DNA from: Fimicolochytrium jonesii
Lineage: Eukaryota
Assembly (NCBI RefSeq): GCF_025526975.1
Contig: NW_026515680.1
Span: 558,001-622,000, forward strand
DNA length: 64,000 nt
Direction: 5' to 3'
A program made the translations under genes and the position numbers. Shown in pieces: positions 28,465-40,344 of the stretch (position 1 is its first letter; each line of letters opens with the position of its first letter). A model generated the notes under the pieces. That model saw only the letters and a list, made by a program, of their open reading frames with translations, was not told the DNA's origin and made no database searches.

Positions 28465-31158
28465 ATGTCTTCCAAATTTGCTGCTCACGTTGAATCCAAA
28501 CCTATCAGAGACATCTACCATTTCAAGGAATCTTACTTCGGAGGTGTTCCCGAGTTCAATTGGACACTCGAAGAATACGAAAAGAAACATATGGAACACA
28601 AGTGGCTTACCGAAAACTTTACAAAATTGGGCGCCAATGACAAGATCAAATTGTTTGTCGATTTCGATATGAGATTTGAGGAAGAATCCGATCTGCCCTC
28701 TGAAGAAGTTGAGACTGAAATCCGTAAAGGTGTTGATAAAGTATTTACCTCCTTGTATTTAAATGAGGATATTACTTTTCATTCTGCATTCCGTACAATG
28801 GGATACGCTCCTAAGCACACCAAGGACAAAAATGGTAAATACGTCGAAACCGGTGGTGGATATAAAGTCTCTTATCGCCTATGGGCAGATGGTATGTATA
28901 CGACCCGGAATGAAATGAAGAAGAAACTCAAGAAATTCATCCCAGATTTGTCCGACTTCCCGGATGTTGTTCGAGACTACAATTTCAAGGATGGAGTTTT
29001 TGATCTTTCTGTCTATGACAACAATCGGTCCATGGTGATGGTGGACAAAGTCAAAAATCGTTGGGATAACCGACTTCTCATCAAAAGCGAACCAGATGCA
29101 CCAATCTCTTCATATATCATTCAATATGTAGAGGCGGACTGGACCCCGGTTGAATGGACAATTCAATCTGATAGTAGAAAGCGTCCTGCCAATGATGAAT
29201 TTGTCCTGGTTCCGGACTCGGACCTTGAAGACCAACCGCAACCAAAGAAGAAAAAGGCAAAATATCCTATTGACAACGATGCTAATACGGAGGTAATCAG
29301 CACTATTTACGATTCAGTTACCAAACTCTGTGGAAAAACGGAATATTTGGAAAGAGATTTTGGGGCCGTACAAAAATATGAGGATGCGATTGTGGTATTT
29401 TTGAGAACCACATACTGCATGTTGCACCATGCAGAACACGATGTCTCCGTTCCCAAAATATTTTTCATAGTGGATCGAAAGAAATTCACGTTCAAATGTC
29501 AGCACTGTGAACGCTCAAAAACCTATGGTCATAAAAGCAAAAAGATCTTGGACTTGTTCCCGCCGCCCATTACTGAACCCGCAAAAACGAGTGAAGAAAA
29601 GGATACTGTTGTAACTTGTGAAGATTTGGAAGGTCTAACAGGTTGGGAGAAGTTTGATTTCCGCCGAATTTTGAATATTAGCCACAAGAATACCGCCGAA
29701 TGGTTCATTGAAGAGCGAGGTGAGACTTTATTGAAACATTCAAGCGGCTTGATGTTTGTTCTAGGCAAAGATAATATCTGGCGAAAGTATGAGGGCAGGG
29801 TCCGAAATAGCGACTTGAATCTTCAGATTGCAGACACGTTGATTAGCAGTTTTGAGAAACTACTAGATGATTTTGACTCACAAAGAAGTGATCACGGTAA
29901 GTATCTGAAACTGCGATGGATTTACGAAAAGTTTCGAATGCTGATCGAGGAGACTACGTACTCCATCAATGTAGCACAGAACGTGGAACGGCTCTGTACC
30001 GCGAACGACACTTGCATCGAACTTTTTCTTTCAAAACCTCACCTATTTGCTTTTAACGATAAAGTGTACGACCTGATTGAAGGAGAGGCAAGATCCATCA
30101 AATGGGATGATTACATACTATTCACATGTGGTTACAACTATCCGACGACGCGAAGCCCTGAGATGCGTGAGAAGATTGAAAACTTTTACCAATCTATATT
30201 CCGAACTGAAGAATTGATGACTTACCGACTTTGCAATGTTGCGAGGTGTCTCTACGGAGAACTAGTTGAGGAAATCTTCACGATCCTCAAGGGGCCGGGT
30301 CGGAACGGAAAGGGTGTGGAAGGTACTCTCCTTGCTGTTACGTTTGGAAATTACTTCTATACCTTGGACAAGAAAAACTTTACCCGGGAGCAGCAAGATG
30401 TTGACAAAGCAAACTCGCAACTATACAATTGCTTCGGAAAGAGGTATTTGATGACAAGCGAAACAAATAAGAATGATCGATTTTTATCCGAAATGTTCAA
30501 GAAAGTGTCTGGGAATGATAAGATAACAGTGAGAACACTTAACGGTAAACCCATCAGTTTTCCGATCACTGGGCAAACCAATGTTCAGACAAATGAAGAC
30601 CCGGTCTTTGATAAAATAGACCTCGCATTGTGCAATCGGGTGCGAATGCAAGAGTTTCCATACAGTTTCACTCTCAATGGCTCTGAACCGATCAAGGAAG
30701 AGGGAGATGGAATTCAGGAGGAACAACTTCAAAAAGAAGGTGATATGAAATTGAAAGGATACTTCAAAACAAATGCATGCCGGGACGAGTTCATTTTGCT
30801 TCTCATTGGCATATTCCGCAAACGTTTTGTGAAGGAAGATAAAACCCTCAATATGAGCATTGAAGTCCCTGCAGAGGTACGAGCCTTCACCCAAAAGAAC
30901 TTAGCGAACAGTTTGGCAGCAGCGAAATGGTTGAAGTTCCACTACGATATCACAGGAAGCGATGATGACCGGGTGACCAGATCTGATTTATACAAGGAGT
31001 ATTCCGTTACGGTTCTCGATCAATCAAGGCGCGTCGGAAAGCAGCAATTCTTCAAAGAACTAACAACCATTCAAATCAAGGAACGAAAAATAAGAGGGAA
31101 CATATGGTTCCTCGGACTGAAAAAGGCGACCAGAGAAGGAGAGATGTATATAGAATAA
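28465..31158 (+). CDS. AEP primase fused to D5-like SF3 helicase
   Basis: KLFVDFD, KVSYRL and FDLSVYDNNR (AEP); C/H cluster CMLHHAEH...CQHC; LFAFNDKVYDL; Walker A GPGRNGKG; MTSE; VQTNE. Confidence 0.85.
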   Translation: MSSKFAAHVESKPIRDIYHFKESYFGGVPEFNWTLEEYEKKHMEHKWLTENFTKLGANDKIKLFVDFDMRFEEESDLPSEEVETEIRKGVDKVFTSLYLNEDITFHSAFRTMGYAPKHTKDKNGKYVETGGGYKVSYRLWADGMYTTRNEMKKKLKKFIPDLSDFPDVVRDYNFKDGVFDLSVYDNNRSMVMVDKVKNRWDNRLLIKSEPDAPISSYIIQYVEADWTPVEWTIQSDSRKRPANDEFVLVPDSDLEDQPQPKKKKAKYPIDNDANTEVISTIYDSVTKLCGKTEYLERDFGAVQKYEDAIVVFLRTTYCMLHHAEHDVSVPKIFFIVDRKKFTFKCQHCERSKTYGHKSKKILDLFPPPITEPAKTSEEKDTVVTCEDLEGLTGWEKFDFRRILNISHKNTAEWFIEERGETLLKHSSGLMFVLGKDNIWRKYEGRVRNSDLNLQIADTLISSFEKLLDDFDSQRSDHGKYLKLRWIYEKFRMLIEETTYSINVAQNVERLCTANDTCIELFLSKPHLFAFNDKVYDLIEGEARSIKWDDYILFTCGYNYPTTRSPEMREKIENFYQSIFRTEELMTYRLCNVARCLYGELVEEIFTILKGPGRNGKGVEGTLLAVTFGNYFYTLDKKNFTREQQDVDKANSQLYNCFGKRYLMTSETNKNDRFLSEMFKKVSGNDKITVRTLNGKPISFPITGQTNVQTNEDPVFDKIDLALCNRVRMQEFPYSFTLNGSEPIKEEGDGIQEEQLQKEGDMKLKGYFKTNACRDEFILLLIGIFRKRFVKEDKTLNMSIEVPAEVRAFTQKNLANSLAAAKWLKFHYDITGSDDDRVTRSDLYKEYSVTVLDQSRRVGKQQFFKELTTIQIKERKIRGNIWFLGLKKATREGEMYIE

Positions 31159-31159
31159 G

Positions 31160-31713
31160 CGGGGGGCATTTTGAGAAGTGGGGCAAAGTGAAAATGCCCC
31201 CCTAGAGGAATGTAGAGAAGTGGAAAGAAAAGAGAGAGTGAGGACGGGATAATAGATGTAGGGGGGCATTTTGGCAGTTTCAAAACCTATGAGAGAATAT
31301 ATAAAAAGTATTTGAGAAGCAATAATGAGAAAAGAAGTGTGATTTGTGTGGGAGAGGGTGGGTTTGAAAATTGCCTTTTTGCCCCCCTACATGAAATATG
31401 GTATGGGCGAATAGATAGGAAGGGTAGTTTGGCTAGACGCATGTAGGGGGGCATTTTGTTTTGCCCCCCTTTTTCAAAAATGCCCCCGCAGACGGGAAAA
31501 AGATACAGGGGGGCCATTTTGGCAGTTTCTAAACCTATGAGAGGATATATGAAAAGTTTTGAAAAGAAGAATGAGAAAAGGATGTCTCTTTTTGGTGGTG
31601 AGAGTTGGTTCGAAAATTGCCTTTTTGCCCCCCTACATGGAACACGGAATGGGGAAGTATAGAAAGGTTGGTTGGACTCGACGCATGTAGGGGGGAATTT
31701 TGACTTTGCCCCC
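31160..31713. repeat. Subterminal tandem repeat of element B (two units, period ~245 bp) with inverted ATGTAGGGGGGCA / TGCCCCCCTACAT motifs
   Basis: Units at ~31256-31469 and ~31503-31713 share CATTTTGGCAGTTTC, GAAAATTGCCTTTTTGCCCCCCTACATG and GACGCATGTAGGGGGG. Confidence 0.9.
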
Positions 31714-31732
31714 TTTCCCAAATTGCGGAAGG

Positions 31733-31966
31733 ATGGTTAATGGCTGAAAGGCTTGTGCGGTTAATGCATAACACCAAAGGTGTAGGGTACATTGTTAATA
31801 CATTACACCATACACCCGCCAGTACGGTTAATGCATTACACTTTCAGCAGCCGTTACGGTTAATGCACAGTGTTGAGTGGAGTCAGTACGGTTAATGCAC
31901 AGTGCAATTGTATAGTGGATCAGTGCATAGCATAAACCATTGGTTTATGCTATGCACTGATCCACA
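31733..31966. repeat. Right terminus of element B: (AC)GGTTAATGCA iterons plus 51-bp palindrome (31915-31965) ending in ACA
   Basis: GTGGATCAGTGCATAGCATAAACCA-T-TGGTTTATGCTATGCACTGATCCAC(A), preceded by about six GTTAAT motifs at roughly 24-34 bp spacing. Confidence 0.9.
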
Positions 31967-32848
31967 CGCCGAACTCAATCTGGTGCTGGAGCAGGCAGGG
32001 GTAGGGACGACCGAAACTACTCCTGCCTTGCTCCTGGAGGAGTCTGCGTTGTTTGCGGGGCTTGGACGTCCGCTGCGTGGCGAACAGACATTGTGAACAA
32101 CGTCAAGACAGCCAGGGCGGCCTGCAATAAGTGTGGGCGCGCGCAGGCATATCTGGACGCCATCGCTGCCCTCCCGGGCAAACCCGTCGTCCCCTCAACC
32201 ACCCTCCCCGCACCCGCCCCAGCCACCACGCACCTCACCCACCAGCCCCCCGTCTCCGCCCACCATCCCCCCGTCTCCACCATCCCAACCCCCATCACCA
32301 CCGCCCAGCCCCCCGTCTCTGCTGCCGCTCCCCCTGTCTCCGCCCCCCAGCCGCCCGTCGCCGCTGCCGCTCCCACCGCCCCTATCCCCAACCCCCTTGC
32401 ATTCACCAGCCTCCTCAACCCCGCCCCAATCCCCAACCCCATCCCAATCTCCGCCCTTCTCAACCCTGCCCCCATCCCCACCTGCCCCACCCGCGCTGCC
32501 GCCATAGCAGGGGTCGCAGCCGCAGCAGCAGCAGCAGCAGCGCCCACCCCGACGACCGGTGACGAGGAGGAGGGGTATGACGAGATGGCGCAGGAGGAGC
32601 TGGCCGCGATTGAAGAGGAGGAGGGGCACTGGAGGGCGTTGGGAAAGCTAGTGAGGGAGACGTGCGGTTCAACAATACGCCAGGCGATGAAGGCCCACAC
32701 CACGCCCCTCTTTGACGCACACCGAGCGCGCCTGGCCGCTGCAAAGCAGAAGGCCGAGGAAGTGCAGGCTTTTACCCCCGCCTCCGACGACGCCGATGAT
32801 GATGACGAGGAGTATACGTCGGTGGAGAGCAGCCTCCCACACTCGTAG
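31967..32848 (+). pseudogene. 5'-truncated ORF with a GATA-like zinc finger and Pro/Ala-rich region (insertion target of element B)
   Basis: Frame is open from the junction: RRTQSG...CVVCGAWTSAAWRTDIVNNVKTARAACNKCG; no ATG upstream of the finger. Confidence 0.55.
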
Positions 32849-34370
32849 TCCGTGTCGTCATACGGATCTACATCTGGTGGCAACAAGACAGCGGGCTCCG
32901 AGTTGTGGGAGGAGGAGGATTATGCATTTGCGTGAGGGTGAGTTCATCATTGTCTCCGAGACAACTGTCTCCGCCATCTCCACTGCTCCTGACACACGCT
33001 CTCTCATAGAGCAAATCGCGAGGCTGCCCCTATTCCGGGCTGTCTCCATCGATCGCGGGAGTTGAGAGCGGAACGTTCCATGAGATCGGAATGCAGAGCA
33101 ACTACGACGGCGACGGCGACGGCGACTGAATTTCATCTGCAGTCTGAGAGGGAGTGTTTATAAACAACCCATTTCAGCAGGAATAAAACGAAAAGGACCG
33201 TGAGGCAGAGGAAAAATGGTCGTGGCTCGAGCTGTTTGAGAGTGGGTAAGGTTGCTTTCTGTTGCGATACATAGTACGTACGGTAGTTGTGCTGTTCAGT
33301 TAACACCCACAAAGCGCCGAGCGCGACAGTAGTTACCACACCGCGCCTAGCGCAACAGGGGTCATAGTCTGAACAAGAAGTTGTCTGGGAATGGGAATTG
33401 AACTCGCTACCTGCACGTCTGCAGGGAGAGCAAGATTCAACTGTGCCAAAGCGCCAGTGTTATCAGAGTGCAATTACAGTAGGTGGCCAAAAGAGCGCGT
33501 TCCATCACGTGGGTTTCATCACGTGAGCGTTGCGCAGGCTTTAATAAGTCTGATGACTGATCCATGCACCCCTCAGCTCCCGAGACCCGTAAAATTCCCA
33601 GTATCGCCTGCAATCTATCCCTCTCAATACGTCGGCCCTCACAACACATTCTCGACAGCGCTATCGCTAGAACTACCCTCCAAAGTTCACCCGAAGTAGA
33701 CTTTGAAGCGAACTTCTCTGAAGTCTCTTGTACGTGGGCCAGCGTATCGTGTGGTTTGAGAACACCAACCTTTCCCCCACCCAAGCCCTTTCCTTTCTTT
33801 TCTCCCCACGGACAACCAAAAAGCACAAGCAATAACGCCGTGCTCAAATCTGTTGGCGTTTTCGCTCGGTATATTATACGCCTTACTAAACGATCGGCAG
33901 CTGGAGATTTCGCTTCTGCTGCATCCGCAAGGGTATGGTACTTGCGGGTTGGAATGTATTCAAAGGGAATGTTAACGGCACCCACCCCGAGATTGTTGTC
34001 CGTACCCATACCTCGACGTCTATATATGAACGGCCGACATGACATGGAATGGTCAAAGTTATGTACGCTTTAGGGAGACAGCCCAAAGAGGTGTGCGAGC
34101 AAAGCAAGCGCAAGGAGCGAGTCTATAACGTCTCCTTGAGGTAGTGCTGAGGAAGCGAGAGATATCTCGGCGAGCAAAGCGAGCGCTCCCGGTTAATCTA
34201 TAGATGAACGGCCGACATGTCGCTCGAGGAGGATGACCCGACAGCTCATGGAGGTGGGCGAGCAAAGGGAGCGCATCTAATACCGCACCGTCTTGCAGCT
34301 AGCAAAAGCGAGCGCTCCGTGCTAGTCTTCTTCAAAGGACAGGTGCTGCTGTATTTATTGGTAGAGAAGA

Positions 34371-35640
34371 TCATATTGCAGAACCCAGAGTGGCCCCAGC
34401 TTCTGAACTACCTGCCGTATTTGCCGCTAACCTACGCTTGTTTACATCTATGAGCACCTCCAGCGCTTCAATCTTTTCCGTAATCTCGGCCGTCTCTTCA
34501 AAGAGACTTCTCAGTTCTACTTCTAGATCTGCATACTGTTCGCGTTGTAGTTTCAACGCTTCCTCGTGCTCCTGTACCAGTTCATCCTGACGCTGTAGAG
34601 CAGACAGCATTAGGGGGATTCATCAGCAAGTGCAAAGCGACCGGCAATTCTAGGATCGTTACCTTTGCAGCTGGAGTGGTAGCCGCCTTATGCTGTGTAA
34701 GCAGGGATAAAGTTTCCTTCTCCACTATCGATTTGTACTTTTCCTGCTATTGAAATGAATGAAAATGATAAGCTCGCAAAAACGCTTCCTCGGCCATCCG
34801 AATCTATCGCCAGTCTTAGCTTACGTCTCGTTCTATTTTCTCGAGCAGCTCGCGAAGGACAACGTCATGTAGGGAATATTCAGTCATCCATTTTAGCACC
34901 GTGGACCAACCTTCCTTATGCCGTAAGAGATGTCGTTGTCGATCGGATTGCTGTGTCCCTGGCGGACTCTCTACGCATTTGTGTGCGAGGCGCAGAAGAA
35001 ACTGTGTGTCTTCCTCCTCTAAATTCTCGCGAAGTCTGGAGGGGCAGGTGGGTTAAAGCGAACAGATACCCGCTATCCCATCCGAGAGCAAGCGTACCGG
35101 TCGTTTTCCTTCTCAATGAGCTGATTCCAAAGTGTCTGCTTCACCAGAGTCGATCGCAAGTCATCCGCTTGCTGCTCACTACCAATCTCGCACAGTAGCG
35201 TTTGAATCTTTGTGCGAAGATAGGCTTTCTCGGCTTTCTGACTGATATGCGCCGCTATGACCAGATCATACTCCCTCTGGTTCCATAAAGTAAGTCGATA
35301 GTAGAACGTCTGGGCCGCGTATAGACTGCAATTTTCTTCTGCACCTTGATCTCCCTGAGCAGAGGTGCGAATGTGACTGTGTATTCGTTGATTGTGGTTT
35401 CAAACACATTCTGTAAACTCTCCACACGCAAAGGGTCTAAAGCTTCAGCGGCCGTGCCATATTGCTTCAGCGTAGCGAGCTTCTACACCCCAGGAGCGTC
35501 AAACTTGTACACGGTTACCTCAGCTCCTGAGTGATTGCGCACTTACCTGCGCGATATCTGCTTTTGACTGGTTGAACAATCCTTCATAGTGCGGATGCCG
35601 TATTCGGAAACAAGAACTACTTGACTGGACTCTTGTCATG
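34371..35640 (-). CDS. Spliced coiled-coil protein, possibly with a TSNAXIP1-N-like domain (boundaries approximate)
   Basis: GTAAGT donor near 35548; joined exons read LQNVFETTINEYTVTFAPLLREIK/REYDLVI; downstream heptad exon LQRQDELVQEHEEALK. Confidence 0.4.
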
Positions 35641-35831
35641 TCTTTTGTCCCCATAAGCACACTCTAATTGTGGTCAACGAGGTGACGCTGAAGATGGGCA
35701 GGAGATGGAGCTTGGACGGGGGATCTTCCAAGGTTCATTGGGCGCTGGAACTTGATTCTGCATTGAGACCATGATTTTCGACAATCAACCGCGCGCTGTC
35801 GAATTCTTGTATAATATATAATGCTAGCGGA

Positions 35832-38800
35832 ATGCCGTTCAATACGAATATAGGAAGCTCAAATTCACAATCTGTGTCGTATCAAGAATCTAAGAAAGAA
35901 CCACTCTCAAATGCCTTCTACAACCAACACACCAATCACCATCGCTACTTCACCAGCCAAGTCGGCGATCTCGGAGAAGTTTCCATGGGAGGGCCGCAAC
36001 TCGCTTGGGGTAAGCCACTTGCACAATACAAGGATACGTAAGGGAAACACAATAACGGACAGCAAGATTGACTCACTTTTGAACTTGCGCTAGTATATGA
36101 ACGATAAGCCGACAGATAAATGGCGCAAATATATTGGCAGGGAGGAACGCAAGCAGCTTAGGAAGTACGAATCCAGGTGGAAAATCCCTGACTCGCACGC
36201 TGTACATATACACTGACAATGACATTCATCCAGAGGCACAGATCTCCTGACAACGTCCACCGCACTTGTGTCCGATTCATCGCAGTGGGCTACTAGCATC
36301 GCTGTGGTGGAGGTATGTGTGTCCCTAGGGCCGTGATGGCCGGCAGAGTGAAGTAGGAGAGAACTCATCTTAGCTTGGCTGTACGATCAACAGGAATCTT
36401 CCTTCATAGCAGTCGGATCTGCTTCGGAGACACTGTTCATACTAGAAAATGTTGACAAGCGTACACAGGATCTAACGGTACGCTCCCTTTCTCACCCACT
36501 AATCGGTCGTTTCCTTCACCGTTCCTGCGGACCCTCGCTGACGCCAGTGATTTGCAGCTTCGATCAGCCATCACCGTTCCAGATGCTGTGTACTCTCTTG
36601 CCATCTCGGGCACCAAGCTCCTGACTGGCGGACACAATGGCCGCGTGCAGGTGTTCAATCTGGACCAGTTCGTGCTGGACACGAAGAATAAGGGTGTCGA
36701 TCATGTGGATGAGCTCAGAGTTATCCCAGCTGATCTAGTAGGTGCGAAGGGTGTTTCGGAGTGCCTTCCATAAGGGTTAATGTGTTCTCTTACGACGTCA
36801 GAAGCTAAAGGCACGGGATTAACAAGGCCCACTAACTCTTCTGATCTTGACAGAGAGCGCCTATCGCGCCGCCCCAAAGAATGGCGGGCAGCCTTCGAGT
36901 AAACGTAGTGGACTTCGAGAGGCTAGAGGGTGGAGACGAGCCTGCAGCGAGTCCTACATTTTTGGCAACCGTTGGGAAGCATCTTTATATTGGAGACCTT
37001 CAAACCGGCAAAACAACCGCATCCGAAGCTGTACGTAGACTGCGTTGCGTAAGTCGTTCCTTCATGGTCGCCGCAAGCTGAAAAAACCCTCACATTTGCC
37101 AGGTTGGCATGGACACCCTTCTCTCCGCCTCATTCACGCCACATCCCGGCGTGCGCCTAATCGCTGCGGCCGGAGTAGACCGGTCCATCAATATCCTGGA
37201 CAGCAGGCAAATAGGCAGCGGGTCCGCCTCGAATGTAAGCCCTGAGGATACGCCTGGCCAAATGATGAATGTATACTCAATTCTACGACGACAGATTTGG
37301 AAAGTGCCCGAAGCGCATGGCCTTGCTGTGAATGAAGTCAAATTCAACCCGTTGATCCCGTACTGGCTCGCTAGTGTCGGTGAGTCCAGGCCCCCTTAGC
37401 TGCAAGCTGCAAGCTGCAGAGCGCTGGAATAGGGGTTGACCAGAATGATTCTGAGGGCAGGCGAGGACTCGGTGGTGAAACTGTGGGATATGCGTTTCCT
37501 GCACTACCCAGTTGGAAGGATAGATGCTCACTATCATAGCATCCGCTCGGTAAGACAGATAGTACACCGGGGATGTGGAGTATAGTAGAGTTTCGCTGAG
37601 TCGACTCCCATCAGCTTGCTTGGTCACCATCCCGCGCCGAACTCCTCACCACAGTCTCAAGCGACCGCTCCTGGCGCGCCTGGTCCTTCAACGCCTCACT
37701 TGCCACCACCCGCGAAACATGCCCTTCATCAGCCTTCATCGACAGTCCCGGAACGGAATGGGGCACCTCGCCACATACTGAAATGTCAGATCGCGCGGTC
37801 GTTGGGGCTTATTTGGTGGCCGAGTGCACGGATTATACGAGCCCGCCGATCAAAGTCGTGGCTGGGAGGGATCGGAATGATGCGTTCTATAGTGTTACGG
37901 GTACCGGACAGGTATGCTGTCATGTGGTGAGCGGGGATGTTTTCGAGATTGTCAATCCGCACAGGTGGGTGTAGGCGCTTCCGGTTCTTCTCTATCTGAA
38001 TGCCTCACTGATATCCCGGACAGGTTCACTTCCGCACAAAATTCCACGGCCTTTTCCATCGAGCAATCCGTCCAAACCCGCGATTTAGCCACTGCGTACA
38101 CCGACATTATCGCGCACTGCAGAGCCGCCCGTGCCGAAAACAAGTTGCTCGCCTCCCACGAGGTGGACCTAATCAAATTATGCACCTCAACACCGCCAGT
38201 CGGCGCAGAGGAGTGGAACTTACCCAAGTTGGAGATGGTGGAGCGTGTGGCTGACCGAGAGGCTGTGGAGAACATCCGGGAGGAGCTTCGGAGATGGACA
38301 TATTGGCTGCCTCCCGGATTCGGTGGGCATCTGAGAGATGTTGGAATGGTAAGAGATCTTTCCGAATGCGTCCCGTCTTGAACAAGATATCCGGCATCGA
38401 CGAATCAACTGCAGATAAGGAAGAAACTACAGCAAGAGTTCGATATCATGGTCGTTCGGTGCGATCTCGTTGGAAAAGCGTTGGAAGGGGATGGTGATGC
38501 CATTCTAAAGGAGGAAACAGCGTTTTCCCGAGGATTGGAGGTTGATCCGCTGTACATCAATGGGGCGACGCTCAGAGTAAGCCCGCATTTGCAACACTTC
38601 TCCTTTAGGTGCATCCTTCGAATCCTCTGACCCCACCTTTGCTAGGTCTTATCTCAAGCAATCATTCAGCACGACTACACCAAAGCTCTCACCTTCGGTC
38701 TGAAACTCGCCCAAACCGTCGAAGACACGCCTGGGCGCACGCTTGCAGATTGCACCGAAGCCTTCGGCGTTCTGCTATTCCCGACCGTTTTTGACAAGTC

Positions 38801-40344
38801 AAAATGGCAGCCGACCTTCGATTATCAGCCGCTAGGAGCAGATAAACCCGCCGCTGATCTACTCGCGACCCAGAGCGGGAGAGATGTGAACGATGCTGCA
38901 AAGTACGCACGCTATGCGACTGTGGCGGCGGAGTACGCTGCATTGCTGCAGCGGAGGGATAAGGAGGTTTTAGGGCTTGCTGAAGCGGTCTCGCCGTCAC
39001 TGGCAGACCATTCCGGGGATGAAAACGACGGACGCTCTACCGTAGACGGAACCCTTCCGCCTAGTCAGCAAGCAGCGGACGACATGAAGAACCAGGCGTT
39101 GAGGACCCTCATCGCGAACGGCGGAAATGTGCTTTCGATGTTGCGGTTGCAAATGTACATGTACAACCCACACCCCAATCCAGTCCAATCGCATCATCAA
39201 AGACTCACGAAGGATCTACTTCTCTCTGCAATATAGTAAACTCACAAAAATCATGGCATCCCCACCGGCGGACACTTTCTACAACGACATCCTTCGTGTT
39301 TTCGACAATATGAACACGGAGGAGATGCAGGAAAGCGGTAGCACGCAGAAACGGCCTTTCGTAGAACGCACGATCTCGTCGTACGCGATTGTCCTTTACC
39401 TCGATGCCTTGTTGCATCATAATCGGTTTGAGGACTATTGGGGAACGTGCTTCGAGCTGGTTAATGTGAGTTCTATTAGAGTCTGAGAATCCAGGAGAGG
39501 CGCTGCTTTTTATTTCTCGGAGAGATCCGCTGACCATGGATCCCGTCTTCAAACCAGCAATACGCATCATACGCACTCCCCACAACCCTGTTAGCCCACG
39601 CCTTGAAAATCGCCACGCCCGACTTCAATGCTCAAATCGGGCTCATCTACGAAGCAGCAACGCACAAGCTGGCCCAAGCACTCGATACCAGCGGGAGCAA
39701 TCGCGCGCTCGACTCGGTTCTCCTTCAAGCCATCGACAAAATCAAAGAAGGCATGGTGCTTGTGGTTAGCTGTGGGGTCTGTTTGGGGAGGTTGGGTTCG
39801 GGGAGTGCGGGCGGACAGAGGGAGAGCGTGGAGAAAATTAGAGGGGATCTGTTTTTGAGATGGCTGGGGTAGGTTCAATTTTGCGTCGGAGTCATTGGTG
39901 CTGGGGGTAACCGTGATACATATATCGCAGGACACTGCAATCATCCCTTCTTCGGGCATTGGATCTGGTCGACACAACGATGGGCGCCGGTAGCATGAGG
40001 TGCGTAGTTTTGCAGATAGCATGAATAGCAGAGGTCGATTACAGTGCTTAACATCGACACGAAACAGAGAAGCGGCGCAGAAAATCCAAGCCTCCATACG
40101 GGATTCGCTACAACCGGCCAGCAGTGGCGGACGTGCACGAGCAGCGCAGACTGCTCTGGCCATTGGAAAAGACGCCAAAGACAATCCCAACCCCGTCGTC
40201 AAGTTCATAGCTGAGATCAACAGCGTGATTGAACAGCTTGGCAAAGTCGGTAGGACGGAAGTCGCTGGGCCGGCGGCTGCGGGGAGTATTGCTGGCACTC
40301 TGCCTAAGCCAGCCGCTTCGATTCGAGAGTCGTTGGATACTTGA
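35832..40344 (+). CDS. Multi-exon WD40-repeat protein with helical C-terminal region
   Basis: WD repeats VYSLAISGTKLLTGGHNGRVQVF, AHGLAVNEVKFNP...WLASVG/EDSVVKLWDMR and LAWSPSRAELLTTVSSDRSWRAW, separated by GT-AG introns. Confidence 0.7.

Larger units (their letters stand above)
17838..31966. mobile_element. Endogenous Polinton-like/MELD-type virus, element B (visible right part; left part predicted beyond element A)
   Basis: Intact MCP, penton, ATPase and integrase; two D5-like helicases; ends in a 51-bp palindrome plus A (...GATCCACA) followed by an abrupt shift to GC-rich host DNA. Confidence 0.85.

Noticed and set aside
31287..31792. ORFs of 68-144 aa
   Set aside because: They lie entirely within the subterminal tandem repeat.
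1..31966. Bacterial prophage or contaminant
   Set aside because: A chromodomain integrase, PLV-type capsid module and a precise CA-ended junction into eukaryotic DNA indicate an endogenous eukaryotic virus. A chimeric assembly cannot be fully excluded without reads.
32017..32886. Several overlapping GC-rich ORFs on both strands
   Set aside because: Low-complexity shadows of the + strand zinc-finger/Pro-Ala frame.
34018..34220. Two copies of TATA(T/G)ATGAACGGCCGACATG
   Set aside because: A short direct duplication with no associated gene or structure; too little evidence to call an element.
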